From UHGV virus genome UHGV-0203667: DNA of 13,326 nucleotides; one strand, given 5' to 3'. The translations under genes and the position numbers were made by a program. The notes under the pieces were generated by a model. That model searched no databases, was not told where the DNA came from, and saw only the letters and a program-made list of their open reading frames with translations. Below, piece after piece: positions 1-6,119 of this stretch (positions are counted from its first letter, which is position 1; every line of letters starts with the position of its first letter). This DNA is from a virus.

Positions 1-531
1 ATGTTATTTCAGAAAGATAAAGAATCAGAAAACAAAAAGCTTTTTAAAGCAATAGTAAAAATGTTCTTTAAGGAGGCCGCACAGTTCGGGGCTACTATCC
101 TGCTTATTGGCCCTTGGGCAATGGCTATCTTCTTTTACCCTGCTACCTTATTTATTGGCAGTAGCAAGTTCGGCAATGGACCGTTTCATGTGGATACTGG
201 TTTTATAGATTTTCTCCTGATCCGCCCTATAAATGCTGTTCTCAATGCTTTCTACTTCCCCACTAGTCTGGAAGGGTGGGCGGTCACCTGGGGCGTTTTA
301 GGCTTAGCATTTGCAATATGGGTGATCGGCTTTTGGTGGAATGCGATCTGTGTTCTCCTTGATATCGATGGCGGAAAAAGCCGTAGAAGCGGTGGTAGCA
401 GTGGAGCAGGTATTTATGCACATGTAGGTACCAGGGGAGCTAGTGTTACCGCAGGTACCCGATTCGCTGGCGGCTGGCTGAGCATAGGCAAACGCGGCGT
501 TAGTTGGAGAAAAAGCAAAAAACTGTTCTGA
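1..531 (+). CDS. Predicted membrane protein with two hydrophobic segments and a Gly/Ser/Arg-rich basic C-terminal tail; possibly truncated at the window edge
   Basis: ORF of 176 aa starting at base 1; hydrophobic stretches (ATILLIGPWAMAIFFYPATLFIG; WAVTWGVLGLAFAIWVIGFWWNAICVLL); tail GGKSRRSGGSSGAGIY...; followed directly by an intrinsic terminator. No family recognised. Confidence 0.5.
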   Translation: MLFQKDKESENKKLFKAIVKMFFKEAAQFGATILLIGPWAMAIFFYPATLFIGSSKFGNGPFHVDTGFIDFLLIRPINAVLNAFYFPTSLEGWAVTWGVLGLAFAIWVIGFWWNAICVLLDIDGGKSRRSGGSSGAGIYAHVGTRGASVTAGTRFAGGWLSIGKRGVSWRKSKKLF

Positions 532-539
532 CCTACCAG

Positions 540-565
540 GGGGCCATCACGGCCCCTTTTTATTT
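540..565 (+). terminator. Rho-independent terminator: GGGGCC / atcac / GGCCCC followed by TTTTTATTT
   Basis: Perfect 6-bp GC stem (540-545 / 551-556), 5-nt loop, T-tract 557-565, 9 nt after the stop codon of the 1-531 ORF. Confidence 0.75.
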
Positions 566-578
566 ATCCCTCAATTAA

Positions 579-611
579 CCCCTATTTATCCCCTATTTAA
601 TGCCTATTTAT
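579..611. repeat. Three tandem 11-bp repeats (CCCCTATTTAT / CCCCTATTTAA / TGCCTATTTAT), helical-phase AT-rich array
   Basis: Read directly: units at 579-589, 590-600, 601-611, immediately downstream of the terminator. Confidence 0.55.
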
Positions 612-691
612 TGATTTAATCCGTTTTATGTCACAACCGCCCGGTTGACAGAGTAATAGAGAGGGTGTAACCCTTTTTCGTAATACTAATA

Positions 692-707
692 AAATCAATA
701 AGTTAGC
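692..707. repeat. 16-bp exact direct repeat AAATCAATAAGTTAGC, copy 1 (copy 2 at 8424-8439); contains an IHF-consensus-like WATCAANNNNTTR
   Basis: Identical 16-mer at both places; flanks also align with an indel (TAATACTAATA-AAATCAATAAGTTAGC vs TAATATTGTGATCTAAATCAATAAGTTAGC). Confidence 0.6.
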
Positions 708-1446
708 TTAATAAGCCTTTTCTCTATTTTTGTCAAATTTAACATACCCTAAAAAACTGCAAAATCTGGCTGCAAGATTATCTGCAGCTGGATTTCTTAC
801 ACCTCATTTTGTGGTATCACCCTGGCTAGTTTGTGCATAAATTGAACAGTTTTTAACATTTCCTCCTCACCTGGTAACCACACAAAAAGCTAAAAACGAG
901 GCACAGATAATCTTAGAGGCCTGTTTTCTTGTTATCACTCTGGAAACGCCGTAGAAGTGATTTTGATGAAAGATGACCTACCCTATTACACCCCTATTTT
1001 TTGTTATCACAATTGCATCCTGTGCGGTGTATGGCTATGTACTGAAAGCGGTTTTGGGTGTGGGTGTCAGAAATATCCATTAGCGGTATTAATACCTGTC
1101 AGATGTTCGTCTGAGGTGCCAGGCAGGCGCTCCCCTACCTCCCTTTTTTCTTCTAACAATTCTCAAATATCCGACCACTACTGACCACGTTGCTATTATG
1201 TTAATTCTTAAGCTTTGCTGTATGTTGTGCACATTATTTATTCAGGTGGCTGTACGTAAATTCTGTGCCCACTGATCATGATTTTTAAATCAGATTTTGT
1301 AGTGCGCTTTATTAGTGTAGATAAGATCTATTATGTTAAATGCAATTTTCCCAACCCTTCAAATCAATGACTTACGTGTAAGCATGCACTAACACCCCAC
1401 ACAGCACATTAGCCGTATAGATGGCTATACCCCACATATTTGATTG

Positions 1447-1469
1447 TTTTGTAGTCATTCCCCTGATCA
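1447..1469. repeat. Imperfect ~23-bp direct repeat TTTTG(T/C)AGTCATT..C..TGAT, copy 1 (copy 2 at 2177-2201); shares the CAGTCAT core also seen at 1974 and 2161
   Basis: Manual alignment of 1447-1469 with 2177-2201; CAGTCATACT occurs exactly twice (1972-1981 and 2161-2170). Confidence 0.4.
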
Positions 1470-2016
1470 TTTAACCAGTATAGCTTGTTATCTGCAGACC
1501 ACAAAATAGGAATTTACATCTGATTAACATAATCTGTTAGCATGATCACTATTACCCACACAACAATAACCCCATGTAAGCCTCTTCAGGCAATTTATCG
1601 GCGTGTTGGTGTGAACAGTCTTTCATGTTCTTTATGAATGCATTGTCCTGTGTGAGGGAAGGATGGACTGCCTCAGGGGCCATACTTATGATGCCCGGTC
1701 AACATAGCTATTGATAAAATCAACGGGTGTTGATCTACATATTTCCCACACATGAGAGGAAATCAGAGCAAAGAGAGAGGAGAGAGGTTTGTTAGTCACA
1801 TATGGTGATTTGAGCTCATCTCAAACCTTCTACGAAGGCCTTTGCTAGTCAAAATAGGTCAATTGACGGCTAATACAGAGTAAAAAATCAGATGCAATCA
1901 CTCCCCACCTGTTGGGATTAACGGCCCCGAGTCAAGGCCTATGCAACGAGGGTATTTCCTACAACCCCTTTCAGTCATACTCAGGCACCACACCCCGGTA
2001 AATATTACCCTACTAC

Positions 2017-2328
2017 CCCGGAAGATTTCTCCGCACTACCTGTAAAATATTTTTACTACTAACACCCTCGAGACGAGGGCTATTTGCACGAGTTTAACGC
2101 TCTCGGGAAGAGCTATAGGCGATTCTACCTGTGAAGAATTTTCACACCTGTGTGTTTATACAGTCATACTTTCCTGTTTTGCAGTCATTGCACCCATGAT
2201 ACACAGCCTCTAACTACTGAAGATTTCTCACTACTTAACCACCATACCTACCCACACCCCTGAGAATTTCTCACCACTACTACCGAAGATTTCTCACTAG
2301 TACCCCTGAGAATTTCTCACTCTAATAG
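2017..2328 (+). repeat. Iteron-like array: six copies of core GA(A/G)(A/G)ATTTCTCAC, the last three exactly 23 bp apart
   Basis: Cores at 2021-2033 (degenerate), 2133-2145 (degenerate, GAAGAATTTTCAC), 2219-2231, 2262-2274, 2285-2297, 2308-2320; each preceded by a C-rich tract (CCCC/CTACC). TGAGAATTTCTCA is itself a 6-bp inverted repeat. Confidence 0.6.
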
Positions 2329-2438
2329 ATAAAGGAATAGATCAATAAAAAGACCTCCCCCCTAACCCCCAGGGGGAATGGGGAGGGATCAGAGAGTGGG
2401 GAAGGTTTTCTAAGGGAAAAGCTTAACCCACAAATGAA

Positions 2439-2467
2439 AGCCTAAAGAGCATGAGCGACTCTTTAGG
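2439..2467. other. Strong hairpin: 10-bp stem GCCTAAAGAG / CTCTTTAGGC with 9-nt loop
   Basis: Perfect complementarity read from sequence; no flanking U-tract on the plus strand. Confidence 0.4.
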
Positions 2468-2839
2468 CAATCTGTGTGGGGTGACAATGTATTCCATACA
2501 TGACACGTCACCCAATTGTGTGTGGGGAGCGTAGTGCTATAGCACGTAGCTTTATAGTGTGGAGTCCGGATAAGAGACTTCTGTTTCCAATCCGGACCGT
2601 TTAAGCGAGTGGTTTCTCGCGCGGGTGCACGCACACATATATAAAGGATACACTCATAAATCGAAAATAAGGCCCCTAAATGGCCTTCTGGCTGCATTAA
2701 CCTGTGTGAGTAGTGCAATTGCATTACCTGACCTCTAAATCGCGTTAGAATCGATTTTAGAGCGCTTAAGGCAAAAGTGCTCTCCCTCCCTTGTGGACTT
2801 GCTTGTACCTATAGCACACCTAAATGATAATAATTCTCA

Positions 2840-2868
2840 TTGACAATTGGTTGACAATATGATAAGAT
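2840..2868 (+). promoter_or_regulatory. Candidate sigma70 promoter P0 (TTGACA, 17-bp spacer, TAAGAT) within a tandem TTGACAAT duplication
   Basis: -35 TTGACA at 2840-2845, -10 TAAGAT at 2863-2868; a second TTGACAAT at 2851-2858; sits about 35 nt upstream of the RBS of the small ORF at 2904. Confidence 0.35.
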
Positions 2869-2903
2869 TATAAATAGGGGGAGAAACAGATCCGGAGGTC
2901 AAT

Positions 2904-3053
2904 GTGGAAATTACAGATGTAATAGCGATCATCAACCTGGCTGTACTGTGGTGCGGTGTTGCCTACATAGCCGGAGTAACTGCAATCGACAACCTTGAAG
3001 AAAAAATGATAGATAAATACAAAAAGATTGTTGACAATCTCGCAAATAGCTGA
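2904..3053 (+). CDS. Small hydrophobic peptide (49 aa, GTG start), predicted single transmembrane helix with charged C-terminus
   Basis: SD GGAGG at 2894-2898, 5-nt spacing to GTG 2904; translation (V/M)EITDVIAIINLAVLWCGVAYIAGVTAIDNLEEKMIDKYKKIVDNLANS; stop TGA 3051-3053. Below the length cutoff of the ORF track. Overlapped by the minus-strand ORF 2868-3317, judged spurious. Confidence 0.4.
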   Translation: MEITDVIAIINLAVLWCGVAYIAGVTAIDNLEEKMIDKYKKIVDNLANS

Positions 3054-3059
3054 TAAAAT
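3031..3059 (+). promoter_or_regulatory. Near-consensus sigma70 promoter P1: TTGACA, 17-bp spacer, TAAAAT, with an A-rich upstream tract
   Basis: -35 at 3031-3036, -10 at 3054-3059; spacer contains the recurrent motif TCTCGCAAA (3038-3046); A-rich 3001-3026 resembles an UP element. Confidence 0.6.
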
Positions 3060-3065
3060 ATAAAT

Positions 3066-3141
3066 CATAGGGTAATTCTCATCATAGTGAATTTCCTTAA
3101 ACAAAAATGCGGGGGCTTGTCTTAAGTTCCCGTTTCTTTTT
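3066..3141 (+). ncRNA. Candidate ~75-nt small RNA or attenuated leader transcript, from P1 to the hairpin/U-tract at 3110-3141
   Basis: Strong promoter followed about 45 nt downstream by a 9-bp stem CGGGGGCUU / AAGUUCCCG (two G-U pairs) and UUUCUUUUU; no ORF in between. Confidence 0.3.
3110..3141 (+). terminator. Intrinsic terminator/attenuator in the leader upstream of the 3183 gene (also the likely 3' end of the small-peptide transcript)
   Basis: Stem 3110-3118 / 3124-3132, loop GUCUU, U-tract 3133-3141. Confidence 0.5.
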
Positions 3142-3182
3142 AACCGTATATCATTCTGATTCGAATTATAGGAGGCCCCGTT

Positions 3183-3398
3183 ATGGCAAGCAACGGACCG
3201 ACTAGCCCCCTGGTTAGCTGGACTACTGATGAGATCGTCGAAAACGTGCTCAGCGGCAAGTTTTATAAAAATTCTGTTTATGCTTTTATCCGTCGTAATA
3301 AAGGAAAATATCCACACATTGAAGCGGCAATTTTAGAACTGAACCGTCTTCGCCTTGAGCGTGAGCTGGCTAAATACACCAACAACATTGATAAATAA
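3183..3398 (+). CDS. Small hypothetical protein (71 aa), possibly regulatory
   Basis: SD AGGAGG at 3170-3175 with 7-nt spacing to ATG 3183; stop TAA 3396-3398; first gene after P1 and the attenuator. Confidence 0.75.
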   Translation: MASNGPTSPLVSWTTDEIVENVLSGKFYKNSVYAFIRRNKGKYPHIEAAILELNRLRLERELAKYTNNIDK

Positions 3399-3411
3399 TT
3401 ATGGGGGAACT

Positions 3412-4308
3412 ATGGCAAGTAATTACGGGGAGGTTTTTAATCCCCATTTCGAACGCCTCATTCAGTACACTTTTGATAAACCAGTAGCAACAACAATTGC
3501 TAATAAAAAGACTGGAAAAACAAAAGAGCGATTTAATTTAGACCTGATAGAGGTAACAATTTATGGAAAAATGGCAGGTTTTCATTTAAACGGGCAAGAA
3601 ATATTTATCTCAGAGCAGACCTTAGCAAAAATATGTGGTGTGAGTGATAGAAAAATCATCGAATCTATCAAAACTCTGGAAAATGCCGGGCTTATTTCTA
3701 AAGAAAGCCGGAAAGGTATGTCTAACATTTACAAACTGTTAATTACTCCTTCTCAAATCTGCAAAATGTGTGATGAACAGAAGATAGAACCAATGAGTAA
3801 TGCAGGTGGTGAAGATAAACAGCCTCAGGAAGCCCCAAAACAAGCCACACAGCAAGCTAAAAAGGCTAAAGTAGTGCAATTGCCTACCCAAGACACTAAA
3901 GCGCCTCAAATTAACGCTGTTAGTGACAAGCCACGCCGGGGCCGTCCTGTGAAAGATGTAACCGATGGGGGCTGGATTGTCCTGGGTGAGAGTGAAGCTA
4001 AAGATAGAATGCGCTCACTGTGGGAAAGCAAATACAAAGGTTTAAATAAACGTTGCCCGATCCGTTTGTCAAAGATTCAGGAGGATTTTTACACCACAGA
4101 GGAGGTAATACGCCATAAAGGCAATAGAGACGGTGAAATCTGGAAACCGGAAGAATACTGGCATTTAACCAGACCTGTTTTTATTTTTGCAAATAAACTT
4201 ATTGGGATGGGATTTGAAATATTGTTAGATCAAACTTACGGAGATTATCCTGAAATATTGTGGAGAAATGTTAGAAAGAATAAAAAAGGCATTTTAGAGT
4301 TTAGATAA
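3412..4308 (+). CDS. Winged-HTH DNA-binding protein with AT-hook-like linker (KPRRGRPVK) and a C-terminal domain of unknown function; putative replication initiator or regulator
   Basis: ATG 3412 after a GGGGG SD (the track's upstream TTG at 3355 has no RBS); N-terminal wHTH-like segment FISEQTLAKICGVSDRKIIESIKTLENAGLISKE; low-complexity linker EDKQPQEAPKQATQQAKKAK; 299 aa. Confidence 0.8.
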   Translation: MASNYGEVFNPHFERLIQYTFDKPVATTIANKKTGKTKERFNLDLIEVTIYGKMAGFHLNGQEIFISEQTLAKICGVSDRKIIESIKTLENAGLISKESRKGMSNIYKLLITPSQICKMCDEQKIEPMSNAGGEDKQPQEAPKQATQQAKKAKVVQLPTQDTKAPQINAVSDKPRRGRPVKDVTDGGWIVLGESEAKDRMRSLWESKYKGLNKRCPIRLSKIQEDFYTTEEVIRHKGNRDGEIWKPEEYWHLTRPVFIFANKLIGMGFEILLDQTYGDYPEILWRNVRKNKKGILEFR

Positions 4309-4349
4309 AAATACTGATAATCTTATTTTTTTGTTTAAGGAAATTTAAA

Positions 4350-4496
4350 ATGTATGGCGATTTTGATTATTACCTGGAAAAGGAAAAATATTTTGAAGAT
4401 GAACTATCACAACATTTTTCATATTGGGAAGAATATTGTGGTTGGTTAGCTGAAGATCCAGCAGATGAAGAAAATGATTCTGACATCCCTTATTAA
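4350..4496 (+). CDS. Small acidic, aromatic-rich protein (48 aa), hypothetical
   Basis: SD AAGGAA at 4337-4342 with 7-nt spacing to ATG 4350; MYGDFDYYLEKEKYFEDELSQHFSYWEEYCGWLAEDPADEENDSDIPY; below the track cutoff. Confidence 0.4.
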   Translation: MYGDFDYYLEKEKYFEDELSQHFSYWEEYCGWLAEDPADEENDSDIPY

Positions 4497-4587
4497 TATC
4501 CCCAAATAAACCAACAAACTACTAAATAAACTAATTACTAGAACTAGATTGATTGCCCTGATCTTTTAAACGTTCGGAGAATTAATC

Positions 4588-5076
4588 ATGTTCAAATCTG
4601 ATCTTTCTGATTCCCAATTTGAAAAACTGGTAGCACTGCAGAAATATCTCCCCAGTGATGATCAACCAACACGACAGGCCAAGCACTTATTAGTCGAGGG
4701 CTTTACCCCTGAATTCGTTGCGGAATACACAGGCGTTAAACTTGAGAAAGTCCAAAAACTATATGAAGAATCCTGGAATCCACGGTGTCGAGTTCCCCTC
4801 AGTGTCTATAACGAAATAGATAGAGATAGAAATGTCTTCGAAGATCGCCGCCGCAAATCTCTTTTAATGTGGAATTGCGGGATGAATATTGAAGAGATAG
4901 CAAAAGAATTAAAAGTAACCTGCTTTCATGTCTGGGGCTTGTTGAGCGACCTCCTGCCACGTAAGGAGCTTAATCAACGTTTGCCTAAGCCCGGTAGTCG
5001 TGCTTATCGCGAATTTATATTCATCTACCGCCGCCATAGAAATAAAGTCCAGAAAGCAATGGCCCAGAAAGCCTGA
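4588..5076 (+). CDS. Putative DNA-binding protein with two HTH-like segments (162 aa)
   Basis: SD GGAGA at 4576-4580, ATG 4588; HTH-like stretches LLVEGFTPEFVAEYTGVKLEKVQKLY and MWNCGMNIEEIAKELKVTCFHVWGLL; basic C-terminus. Confidence 0.75.
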   Translation: MFKSDLSDSQFEKLVALQKYLPSDDQPTRQAKHLLVEGFTPEFVAEYTGVKLEKVQKLYEESWNPRCRVPLSVYNEIDRDRNVFEDRRRKSLLMWNCGMNIEEIAKELKVTCFHVWGLLSDLLPRKELNQRLPKPGSRAYREFIFIYRRHRNKVQKAMAQKA

Positions 5077-5116
5077 GTTTTATCTCTTCGATTTATTTAT
5101 TTTCGACTCACTTTAA

Positions 5117-5159
5117 CCCCTTCCGGGGCTTGACGTTGTCAAGGCCGCAGCTATGCGGC
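5117..5159 (+). promoter_or_regulatory. Three consecutive hairpins (CCCC-ttcc-GGGG; CTTGAC-gtt-GTCAAG; GCCGCA-gcta-TGCGGC), copy 1 of a conserved structured element (copy 2 at 12577-12622)
   Basis: Read from sequence; lies 20 nt upstream of ATG 5180 in the 4588/5180 intergenic region; copy 2 keeps both stems through compensatory changes. Confidence 0.5.
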
Positions 5160-5179
5160 TCTAATTTAAGGAATTCCAA

Positions 5180-5623
5180 ATGTCTCAAATCGCTAAATTA
5201 TTATCCCAGGTTATCAAAGCTATCGACGCTGAAGATTCAAAAGTTCGCCAGGATCTTTTAGATGGCAAGTTTACCAACACCCTGGCATTTACCCGTGACA
5301 AAGAGCACTTCTTAAAGCACAGACATCACGCTTTCGCTGAATGCAAGTCCGCTAATGGTGATGTTTTCTATGTCGATTTGGTGGTTATGGCATGTAGATT
5401 GTGGATGATTCAGGACCTTATGCGCCAACACGGTGATGATCCTTTTATCAGCATGTGGAACAGCGCCCAGGATGGCTTTGTGATTGCTGCCTTATCCAAA
5501 TCCATGATTGAGGCAGAAGGCGCAAGCCTTCAGAACATGGCAGATCTCTTTGAAATAAGCGTAGGAATGATGCAGACCATGCTGCAGGCGGTGAAGCCTC
5601 TCAAACTGGTTAATCTTGCTTAA
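5180..5623 (+). CDS. Hypothetical protein (147 aa), first gene of the tape-measure operon
   Basis: SD AAGGAA at 5168-5173 with 6-nt spacing to ATG 5180; predicted largely helical; no family recognised. Confidence 0.8.
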   Translation: MSQIAKLLSQVIKAIDAEDSKVRQDLLDGKFTNTLAFTRDKEHFLKHRHHAFAECKSANGDVFYVDLVVMACRLWMIQDLMRQHGDDPFISMWNSAQDGFVIAALSKSMIEAEGASLQNMADLFEISVGMMQTMLQAVKPLKLVNLA

Positions 5624-5683
5624 GCTATTGATAAATAAGCACTCCCCATTTTTTGGGGGGTGCATCAATGAGAGGGTATGCCT

Positions 5684-6118
5684 ATGAATATTGAAGAAAT
5701 GATAGTTGAATTCGAAGAGGGTGATTTCCTGGAAGAAGGGGAGTTTAAATACTCCCGTTTTAAACAGGCGTTATTTAGCAGCGATGATAAACCCCACGTT
5801 AGTGATCTTAACGACGATGATTTATGTCGCTGGGTATGCACCCGCTTATATGAAGATGGAAAGTATACAGGCCAAAACTTTCCAAATCTCTATTTCAAAG
5901 CACAAACATTTGAGGAAGGGCAAAGAGTGAAAAACCTGGTCGATAAAATGCTGTCAGCCGGATATTTGCATAAAGAATTATTAAATCCTAAAGCTGAAAG
6001 CAAGCGCCATTATATTTTTGTGTGGTCTGTGGGGGATAAGTGCCCACTGCATGGGAGTCCTTCCAGGACCTTAGCTAAAGCTAAGCCCGTTGGGTCTGTT
6101 AAGCGTAAAGGCAAATGA
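5684..6118 (+). CDS. Hypothetical acidic protein (144 aa), positioned like a tail assembly chaperone
   Basis: GAGAGGG SD with 7-nt spacing to ATG 5684 (the track start at 5678 is only 1 nt from the SD); acidic N-terminus; ends with basic tail KRKGK; 2 genes upstream of the tape measure gene. Confidence 0.7.
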   Translation: MNIEEMIVEFEEGDFLEEGEFKYSRFKQALFSSDDKPHVSDLNDDDLCRWVCTRLYEDGKYTGQNFPNLYFKAQTFEEGQRVKNLVDKMLSAGYLHKELLNPKAESKRHYIFVWSVGDKCPLHGSPSRTLAKAKPVGSVKRKGK

Positions 6119-6119
6119 T

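Noticed and set aside
957-1184. Cys-rich 75-aa ORF on the plus strand
   Set aside because: No convincing Shine-Dalgarno before either candidate start (GTG 957, ATG 966); lies inside the repeat-rich noncoding stretch. Treated as a chance ORF, though a small Cys-rich peptide cannot be fully excluded.
1351-1370. tRNA gene (T-loop-like TTCAAAT at 1358-1364; also checked GTTCGAATC-like strings near 3160 and 12706)
   Set aside because: Flanking bases do not form a T-stem and no acceptor/anticodon arms can be drawn; no tRNA is supported.
2017-2328. CRISPR array
   Set aside because: The repeats are 13-bp cores at 23-bp spacing with further degenerate copies, far shorter than CRISPR repeats (roughly 24-48 bp) with unique spacers; no cas genes in the window.
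2410-2724. 104-aa ORF on the minus strand
   Set aside because: Spans several strong hairpins, has no recognisable RBS, and its composition looks like translated structured DNA (His/Cys/Trp-rich).
2868-3317. 149-aa ORF on the minus strand
   Set aside because: Runs antisense across promoter P1, the attenuator hairpin and the start of the well-supported 3183 gene; no RBS.
3183-3425. Shared start context TATGGCAAG(C/T)AA and N-terminus MASN of the 3183 and 3412 genes
   Set aside because: Only about 12 nt of similarity and the proteins diverge immediately; likely coincidence or a trivial local duplication, not pursued.
5643-5660. Terminator after the 5180 gene (CCCCA-ttttt-TGGGG hairpin)
   Set aside because: The stem is followed by GTGCATCAATG rather than a U-tract and sits inside an operon just before the next RBS; more likely an RNA stability or processing hairpin than a terminator.
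5706-5930. 74-aa ORF on the plus strand
   Set aside because: Alternative frame entirely inside the better-supported 5684-6118 gene.
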